From: a virus
Strand: one strand, 5' to 3'
Length of the DNA stretch: 64,000 nucleotides
Virus record (IMG/VR): IMGVR_UViG_3300025073_000397
In this document: piece by piece, positions 16,415 through 26,616 of the stretch
Position numbering within the stretch: position 1 is the first letter of the stretch
Layout: each line of letters starts with the position of its first letter
Made by a program: the position numbers and the translations under genes
Notes under the pieces: model-generated
What the model saw: only the letters and a program-made list of their open reading frames with translations
The model's database searches: none
Told to the model about the DNA's origin: nothing

Positions 16415-18442
16415 CTACACCGCATATCCGAACGAATGCCTTTGTGCCAGGAGGCCCATTGTGTTGAGCATCTCCGGGCTATTCTCAATAGCGGACTTTA
16501 CCACCTTGAAGGCCTTTGTGAGTGCCCTACCCACTGCCATTTCATTAGCCGTATTGATCTCCAACCCCATCGCTGTGAGGATGTCCCTATTCTTGGGCAG
16601 CTTGCCGTTGGTCTCCACTAAGTCCAACCATTTCACTGCATACATGGAGTCTTTGTCCCGTAAGCGCCCGAACTGCTGTCCGAAAAACTTCCTGATCCCG
16701 ATGGCCAGGGTATCCCGGCCTAACAGTGCCTCAGAGATCAAGTCATACTGGTTCCGTTCGTCCAATCCTAGATAAGCACCTGCACCGGATGGTATCGTCT
16801 CGGGGCGATCCTGCTTGATATCCCCCAATACCCGATCCTTCCAGCTTTGAGCCTTATTGTGACTCCGTGCTCTGAATGTCGCAAAGGTAATGACCTTGGA
16901 CCGAGCGGATTCAGGGGTCTCCTGCCCTACTAGAATTCTTTGACGGAGTTTCTCTCCCACATCATAGAAGAGACATTTGATTTCTTTGAGCTGTTCGGCC
17001 CCGGACTCATCAACTGCCTCCCATTTTGTTCCAATCCCGCACATGGAGTTCTGGAGAAGATCTTCGGGTGTGGTCCTAGTGTCATGGGTCAGATGACGCC
17101 TCATGGCCCCCAAAGCGTCAAGATACAGCCTGGAGGGCTCGAACCATGATGAGTCGATGTCATACCCTTGTTTGTCTGCTATCGCCCGTGCAAGGGCAAA
17201 GCCCCGTCCAAACCGAAGGGGTTTGTTACTAGCAGGCCCCCGGGGGTTTCCGGGCTCATCTGAGGGGGCATTTCCACTCAAGGCTTGATTAGAAAGCTTC
17301 CCATGGGGTAGATTCAGTGCTCCTTCCAGTACCTGGAGTCGAGCCAAAGAATCCATGAGTGTGTTGAGTTGTGCCCGGATATGTCTGTACGCTATACGAG
17401 AGACCATAGATCCATGTGGTGATGCCACCTTCCCGAAAGTAACCAGGGTGGCACTCAATCGACTAGCCGCTACCATAATTCCACGGGACACGTCAATCCG
17501 GGCCCCCAGTTCTTCAACCATTTCACGCAATGCCGATGATGGTTTGGAGAACTCTCGTTTGACTGCATCTCCAATCTTAGAGAGGACTCGACTCATGAGC
17601 ATCTGGTTGGCCGGGGACGGATCCATGCCCAAATCCCCCAATACCTTGGAGTTCACCAACGGGCGTTTCGATGATGGACTGGTGGGGCTGGCCAGATCCC
17701 CCCCCGACATGGTGTGCGAAAAGAGCTTCTGGAAAAAGACGAATTCGGCCTGTGATAGGGAACTTCGTGCTATCCGATGTAGGATTGAACGGAACTGGCT
17801 CCCAGTAGACCCGGGGGAGGTCACGAGTTCGGCCATCGCTTTCAAGGGGGATGTCTCTACCTGCTCGTAGAATTCGCTTAGCCCGTGCTGCTTGTTTGTA
17901 GTCTTCAATTCGTCAGCGGGTGAAACCAGGATGCTTTCTTTTTCCTCTTGCAACTGTCGTGTTCGGTACTCAGCAATGACTTGACGTGCTTTGTTGGTCA
18001 TGACTGAGACTGCTGTGGACAGTATCTTGGATGGGGGTGCCCCCCGTAGGATCTCCGCTGCTCGCATTTGCCCCACACCCCAGAACCATGGGACATTTAC
18101 GGGTTCATCTGACTGCCCTATCCCCGCTAAGGCTCGTTGGAGAAGGTCATCTGCGTCAATATGAGGTATCCCGTGGAGGGCTCGCCTGAGAGTCAGCTTG
18201 CACGCCTTGTAGATTTCAGACGTAACCAGCCAGTCAGGGTGAAGATTAGGAATCTCCCCCTTGGCCTTGTCCAAACCCACAGACGGACGTCGATTCTTGC
18301 TCCAAGTCCCGAAATGGACTCTAGTAGCGCCCTCCAGGATCTGGACTCGGACGAGCGTATCCATCTGATCGGAAAAGAAATCAGCCCGCTTCAGGTAACG
18401 GGCCACGATGCTAGCAATCATTGCACGGTTTTCCACGGGCAA
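16415..18442 (-). CDS. hypothetical protein
   Basis: 675-aa ORF with no motif I recognise. Confidence 0.6.
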   Translation of the reverse strand: MPVENRAMIASIVARYLKRADFFSDQMDTLVRVQILEGATRVHFGTWSKNRRPSVGLDKAKGEIPNLHPDWLVTSEIYKACKLTLRRALHGIPHIDADDLLQRALAGIGQSDEPVNVPWFWGVGQMRAAEILRGAPPSKILSTAVSVMTNKARQVIAEYRTRQLQEEKESILVSPADELKTTNKQHGLSEFYEQVETSPLKAMAELVTSPGSTGSQFRSILHRIARSSLSQAEFVFFQKLFSHTMSGGDLASPTSPSSKRPLVNSKVLGDLGMDPSPANQMLMSRVLSKIGDAVKREFSKPSSALREMVEELGARIDVSRGIMVAASRLSATLVTFGKVASPHGSMVSRIAYRHIRAQLNTLMDSLARLQVLEGALNLPHGKLSNQALSGNAPSDEPGNPRGPASNKPLRFGRGFALARAIADKQGYDIDSSWFEPSRLYLDALGAMRRHLTHDTRTTPEDLLQNSMCGIGTKWEAVDESGAEQLKEIKCLFYDVGEKLRQRILVGQETPESARSKVITFATFRARSHNKAQSWKDRVLGDIKQDRPETIPSGAGAYLGLDERNQYDLISEALLGRDTLAIGIRKFFGQQFGRLRDKDSMYAVKWLDLVETNGKLPKNRDILTAMGLEINTANEMAVGRALTKAFKVVKSAIENSPEMLNTMGLLAQRHSFGYAV

Positions 18443-18750
18443 ACCCCCGTATTTTCCAGATGCACTACTTCACAACGATCTATTCAATACACGAATTTCA
18501 TTCTACTTTCAAACCCATGCCCAACGAACAATTTTGGGCGCTGGGTCAAACACCCCCGATTGATAGGAAAACTAGCGTAGCAGAATCCCGTATTTTCAAG
18601 GGGTTGCAGGAGGCACAAAAAAAGACTTTGACAGCCTTGAAAGATCGGGTATCTTCACTAACTGGTAAGGCAAATGACCTGCTCGGAATGAGCCATTGTC
18701 CATGCCTACCATAACTTAACCGTGGTGCAATAGCACCCAAGGAATCCGAC

Positions 18751-20139
18751 TTGATAACTGATCATGAGTTTCCTTGCTCTTCCTTGATGCACGAGTTCTT
18801 CCCGTTTCTCACTTACAGGACAGCTGCGGATATGGTCCCCAGAAGGGACACTCCGTTAGTCTTGTCCACTGATCGTGAGCACCCCTGTAGTTCTCTGATG
18901 GAGTATTTGTTCCCCTTTGCTTTCCCCACTATCGTCCATGTACATCATGGTAGGAAGTCCTCTCGGCAGATATCGACCCTGTCCCTTCACCCTATAGTCA
19001 GAAGCGTCCTGCTATGGCTGGGAGACGGGCAGGCAGATGTGCCAGTCTCAAAGCACGATGTACAAGCGATGGTCTACCTGAAGCTTGGGATTGATGTCCG
19101 GAATCCTTTCGTGAAACTACAGGAGGAAGATGGGCTGAACCGGCAGATCTGGTTTGCCGTCAGGAATCAAATCAAACGGTACAATTCCGTGAGGAACTGG
19201 ACCGGGCTGGAACAAGGGAAGTGGCTGATCACAGAAGAAGGAGTCACCGTAACGGAACCTTTCCCCATGGGGCCCGAGTTGTTTGCCCCGAGGATCAAGG
19301 TGATATCGGCCGAATTGGGGGAGACTGCAACCAACGAGCAGATACAGGACACCGTTTTGGCGAGTTTCGGATTTGATCCCACTGGTTTGAAAGCCCACGA
19401 ATTGCGCCGGATCATTGCACAGATTTTAACCCCCATCCAAAGCGATACCCGCCCCAAGCAGATGGAGGACGGGCGATTCTCACCGTGTATCACTGCCGAA
19501 TGGTTGGGGCAGCAACCCCCCAAGTTCCACGAGACGCTGAGAGAAGCTCTTATGTTTAAGATGCAGAAGTCCGTACAGGTGGGGTCGATAGATGATCATG
19601 TCCAGACTGCCTACACTCGCTGGATTCAGCGGGATGCCTTTCGGATCAAGATCGAATCTGGACACCCCCCTACTGTCAAGCAGTGCTGTAACTACCTGAA
19701 AAACTCAGCGTTCACCGACATACGCACATTCGGTCGGGATGCCCTGGGACGGCATCTGGGGGCATTGACTGCGAGGACACGGGAGAAGATGGAGAAGATA
19801 GATGCCATCCCCCTCACGGTACACGAGAGCCCTCACCTACAGAAGCCTGATACTCGTATCACCATAGTCGAAGGTGACGTAGAATTCGTGGACCAGGGGT
19901 CCATAGGAGACCCTGAGAGTCTTGTTCAGGCTAGAGAAGAAGTTCAGGAAATGCGAAAACTGATTGCTCGAAAAGTCAGAAAAAGAACCGAAGAACACGT
20001 CAAGCTATTCGACATGATCTTCCTCGAAGGCACCCCTATCGATCAGATGGTCATCATCCTGGGCGTCCCCAGAGAAATCGTGAAGTCCATGTTGGGGCGG
20101 ATACGGAAGATACTAGTGACTGCCAGGGCTAGAACTTAG
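18751..20139 (+). CDS. putative transcription regulator with sigma-70 region-4-like C-terminal HTH; the N-terminus carries a duplicated PCSSLM motif
   Basis: 462 aa. The C-terminus LFDMIFLEGTPIDQMVIILGVPREIVKSMLGRIRKIL resembles sigma region 4. Two N-terminal copies of D(H/R)E(F/H)PCSSLM..FPF differ at synonymous codon positions, so the repeat is under protein-level constraint. Confidence 0.5.
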   Translation: MITDHEFPCSSLMHEFFPFLTYRTAADMVPRRDTPLVLSTDREHPCSSLMEYLFPFAFPTIVHVHHGRKSSRQISTLSLHPIVRSVLLWLGDGQADVPVSKHDVQAMVYLKLGIDVRNPFVKLQEEDGLNRQIWFAVRNQIKRYNSVRNWTGLEQGKWLITEEGVTVTEPFPMGPELFAPRIKVISAELGETATNEQIQDTVLASFGFDPTGLKAHELRRIIAQILTPIQSDTRPKQMEDGRFSPCITAEWLGQQPPKFHETLREALMFKMQKSVQVGSIDDHVQTAYTRWIQRDAFRIKIESGHPPTVKQCCNYLKNSAFTDIRTFGRDALGRHLGALTARTREKMEKIDAIPLTVHESPHLQKPDTRITIVEGDVEFVDQGSIGDPESLVQAREEVQEMRKLIARKVRKRTEEHVKLFDMIFLEGTPIDQMVIILGVPREIVKSMLGRIRKILVTARART

Positions 20140-20503
20140 GATTCTCCCACTCATCCAGAAGAGTATCGTCAGGGAGCGCATCCAGATCGGATGGCTCCTT
20201 AGAATCGTCAAAGGGCACACCTGACTGTCTGAAATTATTTGGGGTGGCTTCTGGATCATCCTTGACCATTTCGGACAAATCGAAGATACCTCTGGGGGCT
20301 GGGAACCCAGCACTAACCAAACGACTCGCTATGGCCCGGAAGATACTCTCGATCTCCCCCATAGGGATACCTTCAGATCGCAAATCTGCCACAAAAGCCA
20401 TTGTGTTCATGGCCTTGGCTTTGCTCAGCAATTGAGTCGGGGTGTATCGAGCAAAGTAGGAATGCCATTCAACGATAGTTTTGGGGTTAGATGACAGTGA
20501 CAT
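20129..20503 (-). CDS. hypothetical protein
   Basis: 124-aa ORF with a 17-nt overlap against the helicase gene stop. Confidence 0.4.
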   Translation of the reverse strand: MSLSSNPKTIVEWHSYFARYTPTQLLSKAKAMNTMAFVADLRSEGIPMGEIESIFRAIASRLVSAGFPAPRGIFDLSEMVKDDPEATPNNFRQSGVPFDDSKEPSDLDALPDDTLLDEWENPKF

Positions 20504-23500
20504 TCGATATTCCTTGATCGTGTGGGGCCACAGAGGATCTTTCAGCGTATGGGCTGAGGATCAGTTCGGCTACATCCTTGCTGGTGCTCACGAAAGATGA
20601 GTGCATCTTACGCATCTCCAGCCAATCCTTACCAAGTTCTGCACCTTGGGCCTCTTTGATGATGGCGTCGAAAATTTCCCCCTCCATTGTTTGAAAGTGC
20701 TTCCTGATCTCATCAAGCGTTGCGTCCCGATCGTGAGTCTTGGTGGCCCCGCTTTCCGTACCATACACAGAATCGATGGTAATTTCATGCACGGGGCTCT
20801 TCTGGCCCTGTCTCCAGGCACGGGCTGTTCGCTGCTTCATGGATTCCCCGTTCCACGAGTCCCTATCAAGATGGATCACAGTGTTGAAACTTTGGAGGTT
20901 GTGCCCGAACTGATATGTCTGTCCATCCATGACGCATGTAGTGAATCGTGTGTCAGGCTTTACTATGATATTCAGCACAAAGGACTGCCACTCCATAGAC
21001 TCGTAGAAGCGGTTCCATTGCGTATGGGATGGTAAATCAGGAAACTTCTTGTATGGCTTGGGTATGAACGGTAAGTAGTGGATTGCTTTGCGCCCACTGT
21101 CGTTAACCCTTTGTTTAAGGACATCGCACTCTTTCCCCGTACAGAGTTTCTCAACATCCTTGTCAGTAATGGGTACGGTCCAAGAATCCAGCTCGGACCC
21201 GTTCTTGAATATCCGTATGGTCTTTTTGGTTGCTGCTATGTGATACCCCGGGAGTTCCTCAGAGAACTTCTGTGCTGCCGTTGGGACAAGATCAACATCA
21301 TCCGTGAAGTAGATTGCCCGGGCAGTAGGGTCTTGGGTCAACTTTGTCTGCATAGTGGAAACCCCCTGTTTGATCTTGGGGTTCCCGGCCTGTTTCGCTG
21401 CATTCCTAAGGGTGACCGGCTTGAAAGACTTGGACATCTGCTTCAAGACGGGTAGGAGCCCCTTGGGGGTTGGTTTCTCCTTTCCGTTTGGGAGAGTGAA
21501 TGTCCCCCTTTCCATCATTTCAGCCATGGTGTTCAACATCTGGTCAGGGCGATTCTGCAGTCCATTGAGAACCATCATTATCGGCTTCAAACCACCTTGG
21601 GTAATCTGACTGATCTGCTCCCGAGTCTCTGTGTTCAAGTAGGGGCTCAGCTTCATCTGGGGTTTCCCGGCCTCATCCAGTACTGGGTTCCCATCTTTAT
21701 CCAGGACCGGTTTTGATGCCCCCTTATCACGAGCCAGAACAACCATCCCCTCTAGGACATTGGCAAACTGTCTGGTGGCAGTCCTGTAGACAGTTTCTAC
21801 CTCGGGCTCCATATCAACTGTGACGGTCTCTTGGGTGAGCTTAGGGAGCTGGAATTCCTCCACATCTGTCTTGTCAGCAAAGAATAGATTGCGTTTTACC
21901 CAAGTGTCCAGTTCTTGTCTCAAGATTGGATCGTCCTTGATTCCTACGATCCTTGTCCCGATCTTCTCGCAGTATCGTTCTGCGAATCTCCTCATATCCT
22001 TGCGAGCTTCAGCACCTCTTGCAGGATCGAGCAGAGGGATGTTTTTGCTGATAGCGGCCAGGACATATGCTTGCATTGGCTCCTGTTCCATGGGAGATGC
22101 CGTGAGACATATCTTGTGGGGGTGGTCTAACTTCAGGGCATGTTCGGAAGCCCTGGTGTGGTAGTCAGCCATAGCCTGGGCTTCATCGAAGAAGATGGCG
22201 ATGTATTCCTTGGCCGACCATGGCTTTCCCTTCCATTTCCCCTTGTTGTTGGCGTTCTTCCACTCCTCATATGCCATGATATCCACACGATCCCGGAGGT
22301 TCTTGGCTGGAGACCGTTCGCTCGTGTGAAGGTTATTTTCGTCTTCCCCACCTGGAGTGTCGGAAAGCCAACTGAAGATTTCCTTGGGGATATTGCCTTT
22401 AAGGGATTTGGGGCAAACATAGAGGAACTTCCCATTGGTTTTGATGGTGTTACCTTTGGAATCTTCCTGCTCGTAATCGGGATCTGTAGCCCCATCCCGG
22501 ATGAACTTCTGCATAGTAGTCACGCAAATGAGGCTCTTCCCAATCCCAGTATCCAATGCGATTAAGCCATTGTTGTCGTTGGAATCCAACCACGCTAAAG
22601 CCTGTTTCTGTTTGATCAGAAGATCAGGGGTGCCCTTCTTGAATCCCCCGATATGTTCTTTAGTGTAATACCCTAGGTTTTCCTTAGCCGTAGCTTGCTC
22701 GGCTTTGGACAACTCATTGAAGTATGCCTGGATTTCTTTGGCGGCTCCAGCAGAGAGTGCCATAGAGCCTATAGTTTTCTGGACTGTGAGGAAATCCTTA
22801 GTGTCACACTGATAACTAGACTTGGATGACCCATCTTGGTAGAGCAACGACGGAATGGATCCAGTGATTGGCGGGGTATTCCCAGCCATCCGAAACATTC
22901 GGTTTCGGAGTTCAATCACCCACTTGTTCTGCTCCCCCCGACCTTTGGGAATCTGGATGAGCAGCTTCTTAAGGGGTATCCCATCCTCAACAACATCTAT
23001 GGCTGTCACATATGGTTCAGCATCCTCAACTGCCCTAGCCATGGGTCGTCCCACGGTTCGGGCAGTTTTGGGCTTGAACTCGTAGGCAGTGCCCTCTACC
23101 AGACGACCGTTGGCGTTCACAAGGTCATCCACGAAACAACCTTTGAACCGACCCTCTGAGACTACCTTTATTCCAAGGGATATCTTTTTCCCGGATTTGA
23201 GATCAGTGGTTTCTTTAGTAACCGTCTTGCATGTCAGTATCCGGGTGAGTTTCCCAGACCGGGCTTGGTCATCCGTGATGCTAATGGTCTCAACAGGGCT
23301 GCTCAGGGCGTCGACTTCCGCCTCAGATAGGCTCCTGACCTCGGCAACACTCTCAATAGTGGCCCGGGACACCTTCTTGTAAAGAGTCTGCTGTTTAGCA
23401 TCTCTCTCTTCAAGGGCATCAATGTACGGGCCTTCCCAAGATACATGTCCGTTTTCGTCTCGTTTCTTAACTACAGGCACCGCCCCAAGTGCTCGATCGA

Positions 23501-24203
23501 AAACTGTCTGTTCCCCTGTAGACGGATCTTTGCCGATAAGAACTAACCGCCCATGTATCTGTGCCTTTTCCTGAATCCACCCCTTCTGTCGTATGATCTC
23601 AGTATGTTCTGCATCGATTTGCTGCAGAGATTTCTTCTGAGTCATGATGACATCGAACATCTCGGGGTCTTCATCCTTTAGGACTTCAACCCCTTGTTCC
23701 TTTTCTGTCATTCGCTGGAAGATTGGGAAGTACATAGTCTGTGGAGTGCCAGGGCGCTGCCTCAGGTACACCTGCTTATCCCGAGCGATAGTTTCGATCA
23801 TAGATGCAAGAAGCTTTGCAGTACGTCTCCAAGTGATCTGGTCTGCCCGACCTGCTTCGATATCGTTTAGATAACGCCGGAGTGTTTTGAGTGCCTGAGT
23901 GACAGCGTTCTTCGCCAGGGGAGAGATTGGCAACTTATCTGTTCGGGACTTCAGACGAAACAATACCCGCATAGATTGCCAGAGTTGATTGAATAGGCCT
24001 TCAGGGGCTGGCATGCCCATAGAGACACGTCGCAGCATGATATAGAAGTCGAAAAAGGGCAGCGCCAAGGGACCAAAGGCCTGTCGGAGGGCTATCTGTA
24101 CATTCTTAGATAGGACGATCTCAGCCCCTCGGTACTTCTTACGTTCTTCAGTATCAAGCTTCTGAAGATACTGATCCGCAATTTTCCGAATCAAATCAGT
24201 CAT
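20487..24203 (-). CDS. large SF2 (DExH/SNF2-like) helicase with ~500-aa N-terminal extension
   Basis: 1238 aa. Walker A is ALDTGIGKSLICV, the DEAQ box is IFFDEAQAM, and motif VI is QRTARAWRQGQKS. Confidence 0.8.
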   Translation of the reverse strand: MTDLIRKIADQYLQKLDTEERKKYRGAEIVLSKNVQIALRQAFGPLALPFFDFYIMLRRVSMGMPAPEGLFNQLWQSMRVLFRLKSRTDKLPISPLAKNAVTQALKTLRRYLNDIEAGRADQITWRRTAKLLASMIETIARDKQVYLRQRPGTPQTMYFPIFQRMTEKEQGVEVLKDEDPEMFDVIMTQKKSLQQIDAEHTEIIRQKGWIQEKAQIHGRLVLIGKDPSTGEQTVFDRALGAVPVVKKRDENGHVSWEGPYIDALEERDAKQQTLYKKVSRATIESVAEVRSLSEAEVDALSSPVETISITDDQARSGKLTRILTCKTVTKETTDLKSGKKISLGIKVVSEGRFKGCFVDDLVNANGRLVEGTAYEFKPKTARTVGRPMARAVEDAEPYVTAIDVVEDGIPLKKLLIQIPKGRGEQNKWVIELRNRMFRMAGNTPPITGSIPSLLYQDGSSKSSYQCDTKDFLTVQKTIGSMALSAGAAKEIQAYFNELSKAEQATAKENLGYYTKEHIGGFKKGTPDLLIKQKQALAWLDSNDNNGLIALDTGIGKSLICVTTMQKFIRDGATDPDYEQEDSKGNTIKTNGKFLYVCPKSLKGNIPKEIFSWLSDTPGGEDENNLHTSERSPAKNLRDRVDIMAYEEWKNANNKGKWKGKPWSAKEYIAIFFDEAQAMADYHTRASEHALKLDHPHKICLTASPMEQEPMQAYVLAAISKNIPLLDPARGAEARKDMRRFAERYCEKIGTRIVGIKDDPILRQELDTWVKRNLFFADKTDVEEFQLPKLTQETVTVDMEPEVETVYRTATRQFANVLEGMVVLARDKGASKPVLDKDGNPVLDEAGKPQMKLSPYLNTETREQISQITQGGLKPIMMVLNGLQNRPDQMLNTMAEMMERGTFTLPNGKEKPTPKGLLPVLKQMSKSFKPVTLRNAAKQAGNPKIKQGVSTMQTKLTQDPTARAIYFTDDVDLVPTAAQKFSEELPGYHIAATKKTIRIFKNGSELDSWTVPITDKDVEKLCTGKECDVLKQRVNDSGRKAIHYLPFIPKPYKKFPDLPSHTQWNRFYESMEWQSFVLNIIVKPDTRFTTCVMDGQTYQFGHNLQSFNTVIHLDRDSWNGESMKQRTARAWRQGQKSPVHEITIDSVYGTESGATKTHDRDATLDEIRKHFQTMEGEIFDAIIKEAQGAELGKDWLEMRKMHSSFVSTSKDVAELILSPYAERSSVAPHDQGISNVTVI

Positions 24204-24871
24204 GGCGCAATCTCCAACTCAGACGGGATGGGGGGTGGGGTGGAGTCTCCAGTAGCCAGGAGCTGAATCAGCCAAATGAGACCGTACAAAAGCAAACTCG
24301 CACTTGCACCACTAGCAGCTCCCCATGTACCAGATGACTTTACCAATGCAGTGGATAGTTCGGTCACTGTAGTTTTCAGAGCTGAGAGATTGGTTTCCTT
24401 CAGGACAGCATCCATCGCTGTAACTGTTGTCTTCAACGTGGGCAAATCCGCTTCGGTGAGCACAGTATTCAGGGTTGTCACTGTTGTCTTCAATTCTGGC
24501 AGGTCCACATCCCCCACACGAGTTTTGATTTGTTCCAGGGCAGTAGATGCATCTAGTAACCCCAAATCACGCAATCTAGTATCCAGGGTCTCCATGTACT
24601 GTTCTCGGGCGTCACCAAAACGTTCGGTTACCTTCTCGATAGCAGATGATAACTCGCCCCTCAGGCTGTCTACCTTCTCGGAAAGGGCACCCAAATCGGC
24701 TCTGGTGGCGGATGAGGCCTCCAACTTATCCACTGAACTCCGGAGATTATCAACAGCGGCCGTGATCGAACCAAACCAACGACCTAGCTCGATAGGATCG
24801 ATTGGGAACTGTGCGTTAGACGGGCTCATGACCTTGGACCTCTCCCACAAAGGACATCCTAGCAAGGACAA
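24200..24871 (-). CDS. coiled-coil protein with three 19-aa tandem repeats and a C-terminal transmembrane anchor
   Basis: 223 aa. The repeats are DLPELKTTVTTLNTVLTEA / DLPTLKTTVTAMDAVLKET / NLSALKTTVTELSTALVKS. The C-terminus LLLYGLIWLIQLLATG is hydrophobic. Confidence 0.55.
   Translation of the reverse strand: MSLLGCPLWERSKVMSPSNAQFPIDPIELGRWFGSITAAVDNLRSSVDKLEASSATRADLGALSEKVDSLRGELSSAIEKVTERFGDAREQYMETLDTRLRDLGLLDASTALEQIKTRVGDVDLPELKTTVTTLNTVLTEADLPTLKTTVTAMDAVLKETNLSALKTTVTELSTALVKSSGTWGAASGASASLLLYGLIWLIQLLATGDSTPPPIPSELEIAP
24335..24505 (-). repeat. 3 x 57-nt in-frame tandem repeat inside the 223-aa gene
   Basis: It is seen in both the DNA (gtcactgt(a/t)gt(t/c)ttca... units) and the protein. 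Confidence 0.6.
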
Positions 24872-24898
24872 TAGAATTGAATCATTAGGGAGATTTAG

Positions 24899-25510
24899 CT
24901 ATTTCTCGACGCATTTCTCGGGACTACCAGCAAGAATGCCAATCAGATGGCATTTCTTGCAGCGCCCTAACTTCTTCAAGATGCACTCACCGGCTCTATG
25001 GGGGACGAAATCCAAATCTGGGGGTATGAGGACAAACCAACCCGCTAGGGGTTGTCCGGCCTTGAACAGCATCTTGTGCTCCACGTTCGGTGGGATGTAA
25101 ACCATATCCCCCTTACGTGTCAGTGTTCTGGTCCCACCGCCCATTTCACAATGCACTTCGCCACTCAACGAACTCAGCCCTAGGTATTCATGTGAGTCAG
25201 TATGTACATGGGGCTCAAGTAGGGCTTCCTGTTTCCCGGAGAAGGTCCACAACCCTTGGAGTATTTTCCCATCGCAATAAGTGGCAGACAGGGTAAGCTC
25301 ACCTACACGGAAGATCAGGTCATCCTCTGTATATGAGGACTCAATTCGTTCTCTGACCGATTTGGTTGTTTCTCGTAGGGTATGAAAGATACGTTCCCGA
25401 TTTTCTCGCAAAAGTGTCAGATCGTCATTGGAAGTCTGAGTCACTTTCATTTGCCCACCCCACGCCCCTTCTGAAAGAGGGCCACCATTTACGCACCCAA
25501 TGCTAGCCAC
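24899..25510 (-). CDS. cupin-fold metalloprotein
   Basis: 203 aa. Cupin motif 1 is PHVHTDSHEYLGLSSLSG; motif 2 is GDMVYIPPNVEHKM. There is a C-terminal CxxC. Confidence 0.55.
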   Translation of the reverse strand: MASIGCVNGGPLSEGAWGGQMKVTQTSNDDLTLLRENRERIFHTLRETTKSVRERIESSYTEDDLIFRVGELTLSATYCDGKILQGLWTFSGKQEALLEPHVHTDSHEYLGLSSLSGEVHCEMGGGTRTLTRKGDMVYIPPNVEHKMLFKAGQPLAGWFVLIPPDLDFVPHRAGECILKKLGRCKKCHLIGILAGSPEKCVEK

Positions 25511-26241
25511 TCTGCTACTGATTTCCCATGAGACGCCACTTTGGCAACCACAAGGTCAGGATACGATGCTAGAAGTATCCGACTGTAGTGGCACTTCGCT
25601 GTCCGGGAATGTTGTTTCAGGAACCCTGTGATCTGCTCGTGCAGATCAGCCTTCCTCTGGTGCAGGTCATAGGCTATACGTCCCACTTCTGATCGAAGTA
25701 GACTGCAAGAGGACAAACCCAATTCAGCCGTCTTGTGTTTGAATCCGTAGAGCCCGAATTCAGATGCCCCCGCTTCTTTCTCCATCTGCGAAGCGAATTT
25801 GGGGCCCAATTCTTTCATTGCTGCAATGAGTATCCTTGCAGGAAGAGACTCGGCTCTCTTTGCGTGGGCAGAGAGGAAGGGGGCTACTTGGGCGTCCTTT
25901 TGGTATGCAATCCTAGCCAAACCAACCGCTCTTTTCTGAATCCGTCTTGTGGCGGCTTCCGCAACTTTCTGGATCGCTTTGGTGTATCCGTAGAGGCCAG
26001 CCGGGGTGACGCCCGCTGTCTTATCTGTAGTCTCCCGATCTGTGATCCTAACTCTGGCGATCTTCTGCATTTCTTCCATGACCCTCTGCACAGACTCAGG
26101 AGGGTTCTCGTTCATTTCCTTGAATTCAGGACCAACCACGGCTGCAACTTCTTCTACTGTCATGGCTTCGCCCTTGGGGAACTTGGCAAACTTCTCCATC
26201 TCCACCAAGGCGGCAATTTCATCTGTAGACGCAAATTTCAT
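25489..26241 (-). CDS. hypothetical helical protein
   Basis: 250-aa ORF. Confidence 0.5.
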   Translation of the reverse strand: MKFASTDEIAALVEMEKFAKFPKGEAMTVEEVAAVVGPEFKEMNENPPESVQRVMEEMQKIARVRITDRETTDKTAGVTPAGLYGYTKAIQKVAEAATRRIQKRAVGLARIAYQKDAQVAPFLSAHAKRAESLPARILIAAMKELGPKFASQMEKEAGASEFGLYGFKHKTAELGLSSCSLLRSEVGRIAYDLHQRKADLHEQITGFLKQHSRTAKCHYSRILLASYPDLVVAKVASHGKSVAEWLALGA

Positions 26242-26247
26242 GGAATG

Positions 26248-26616
26248 TCATGCCCCCTGCCGTTGAAGATATCGTGTAGCAATCCGTTCCTGCATTGGGG
26301 CTTCCAGTCCGTAATCCCGACGAAGCGATAGGGGTTGGGACAGGGACGCTAAGTGAGAGTATTGCCTTTGCTGCTGATCGAGCAGGACACTCGTCGGGAT
26401 CTTGTCACGATAGAACTTCTTGAATCGCCCCAACAGATCCTGTTCGGCTGAACGTGCGTCATCATGGAATGTAGTGTGCGTTGCCACCCACCTTTGATGC
26501 CCCGTCCCAACGACAACATCAACAATGTTGATGGGTTTGACTGTATAGATGCAGTCCCCAAACGTGCTGTCTGCGTTTGGGTCTGACACAACCCAAATGA
26601 TGTCCAATTTAGCCAT
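26248..26616 (-). CDS. hypothetical protein
   Basis: 122-aa ORF tightly packed between neighbours. Confidence 0.45.
   Translation of the reverse strand: MAKLDIIWVVSDPNADSTFGDCIYTVKPINIVDVVVGTGHQRWVATHTTFHDDARSAEQDLLGRFKKFYRDKIPTSVLLDQQQRQYSHLASLSQPLSLRRDYGLEAPMQERIATRYLQRQGA

Noticed and set aside
18464-18492. CACTACTTC word upstream of the 675-aa gene
   Set aside because: No TGTTAG-like box at the required 14-nt spacing.
18627-18654. Candidate promoter TTTGAC-N14-GGGTATCT upstream of the sigma-like gene
   Set aside because: Only 3/6 and 6/8 matches to the consensus boxes; too weak to call.
24276-25100. 274-aa plus-strand ORF
   Set aside because: Antisense to the 57-nt tandem-repeat gene and the cupin gene. 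The repeats generate a long spurious open frame.
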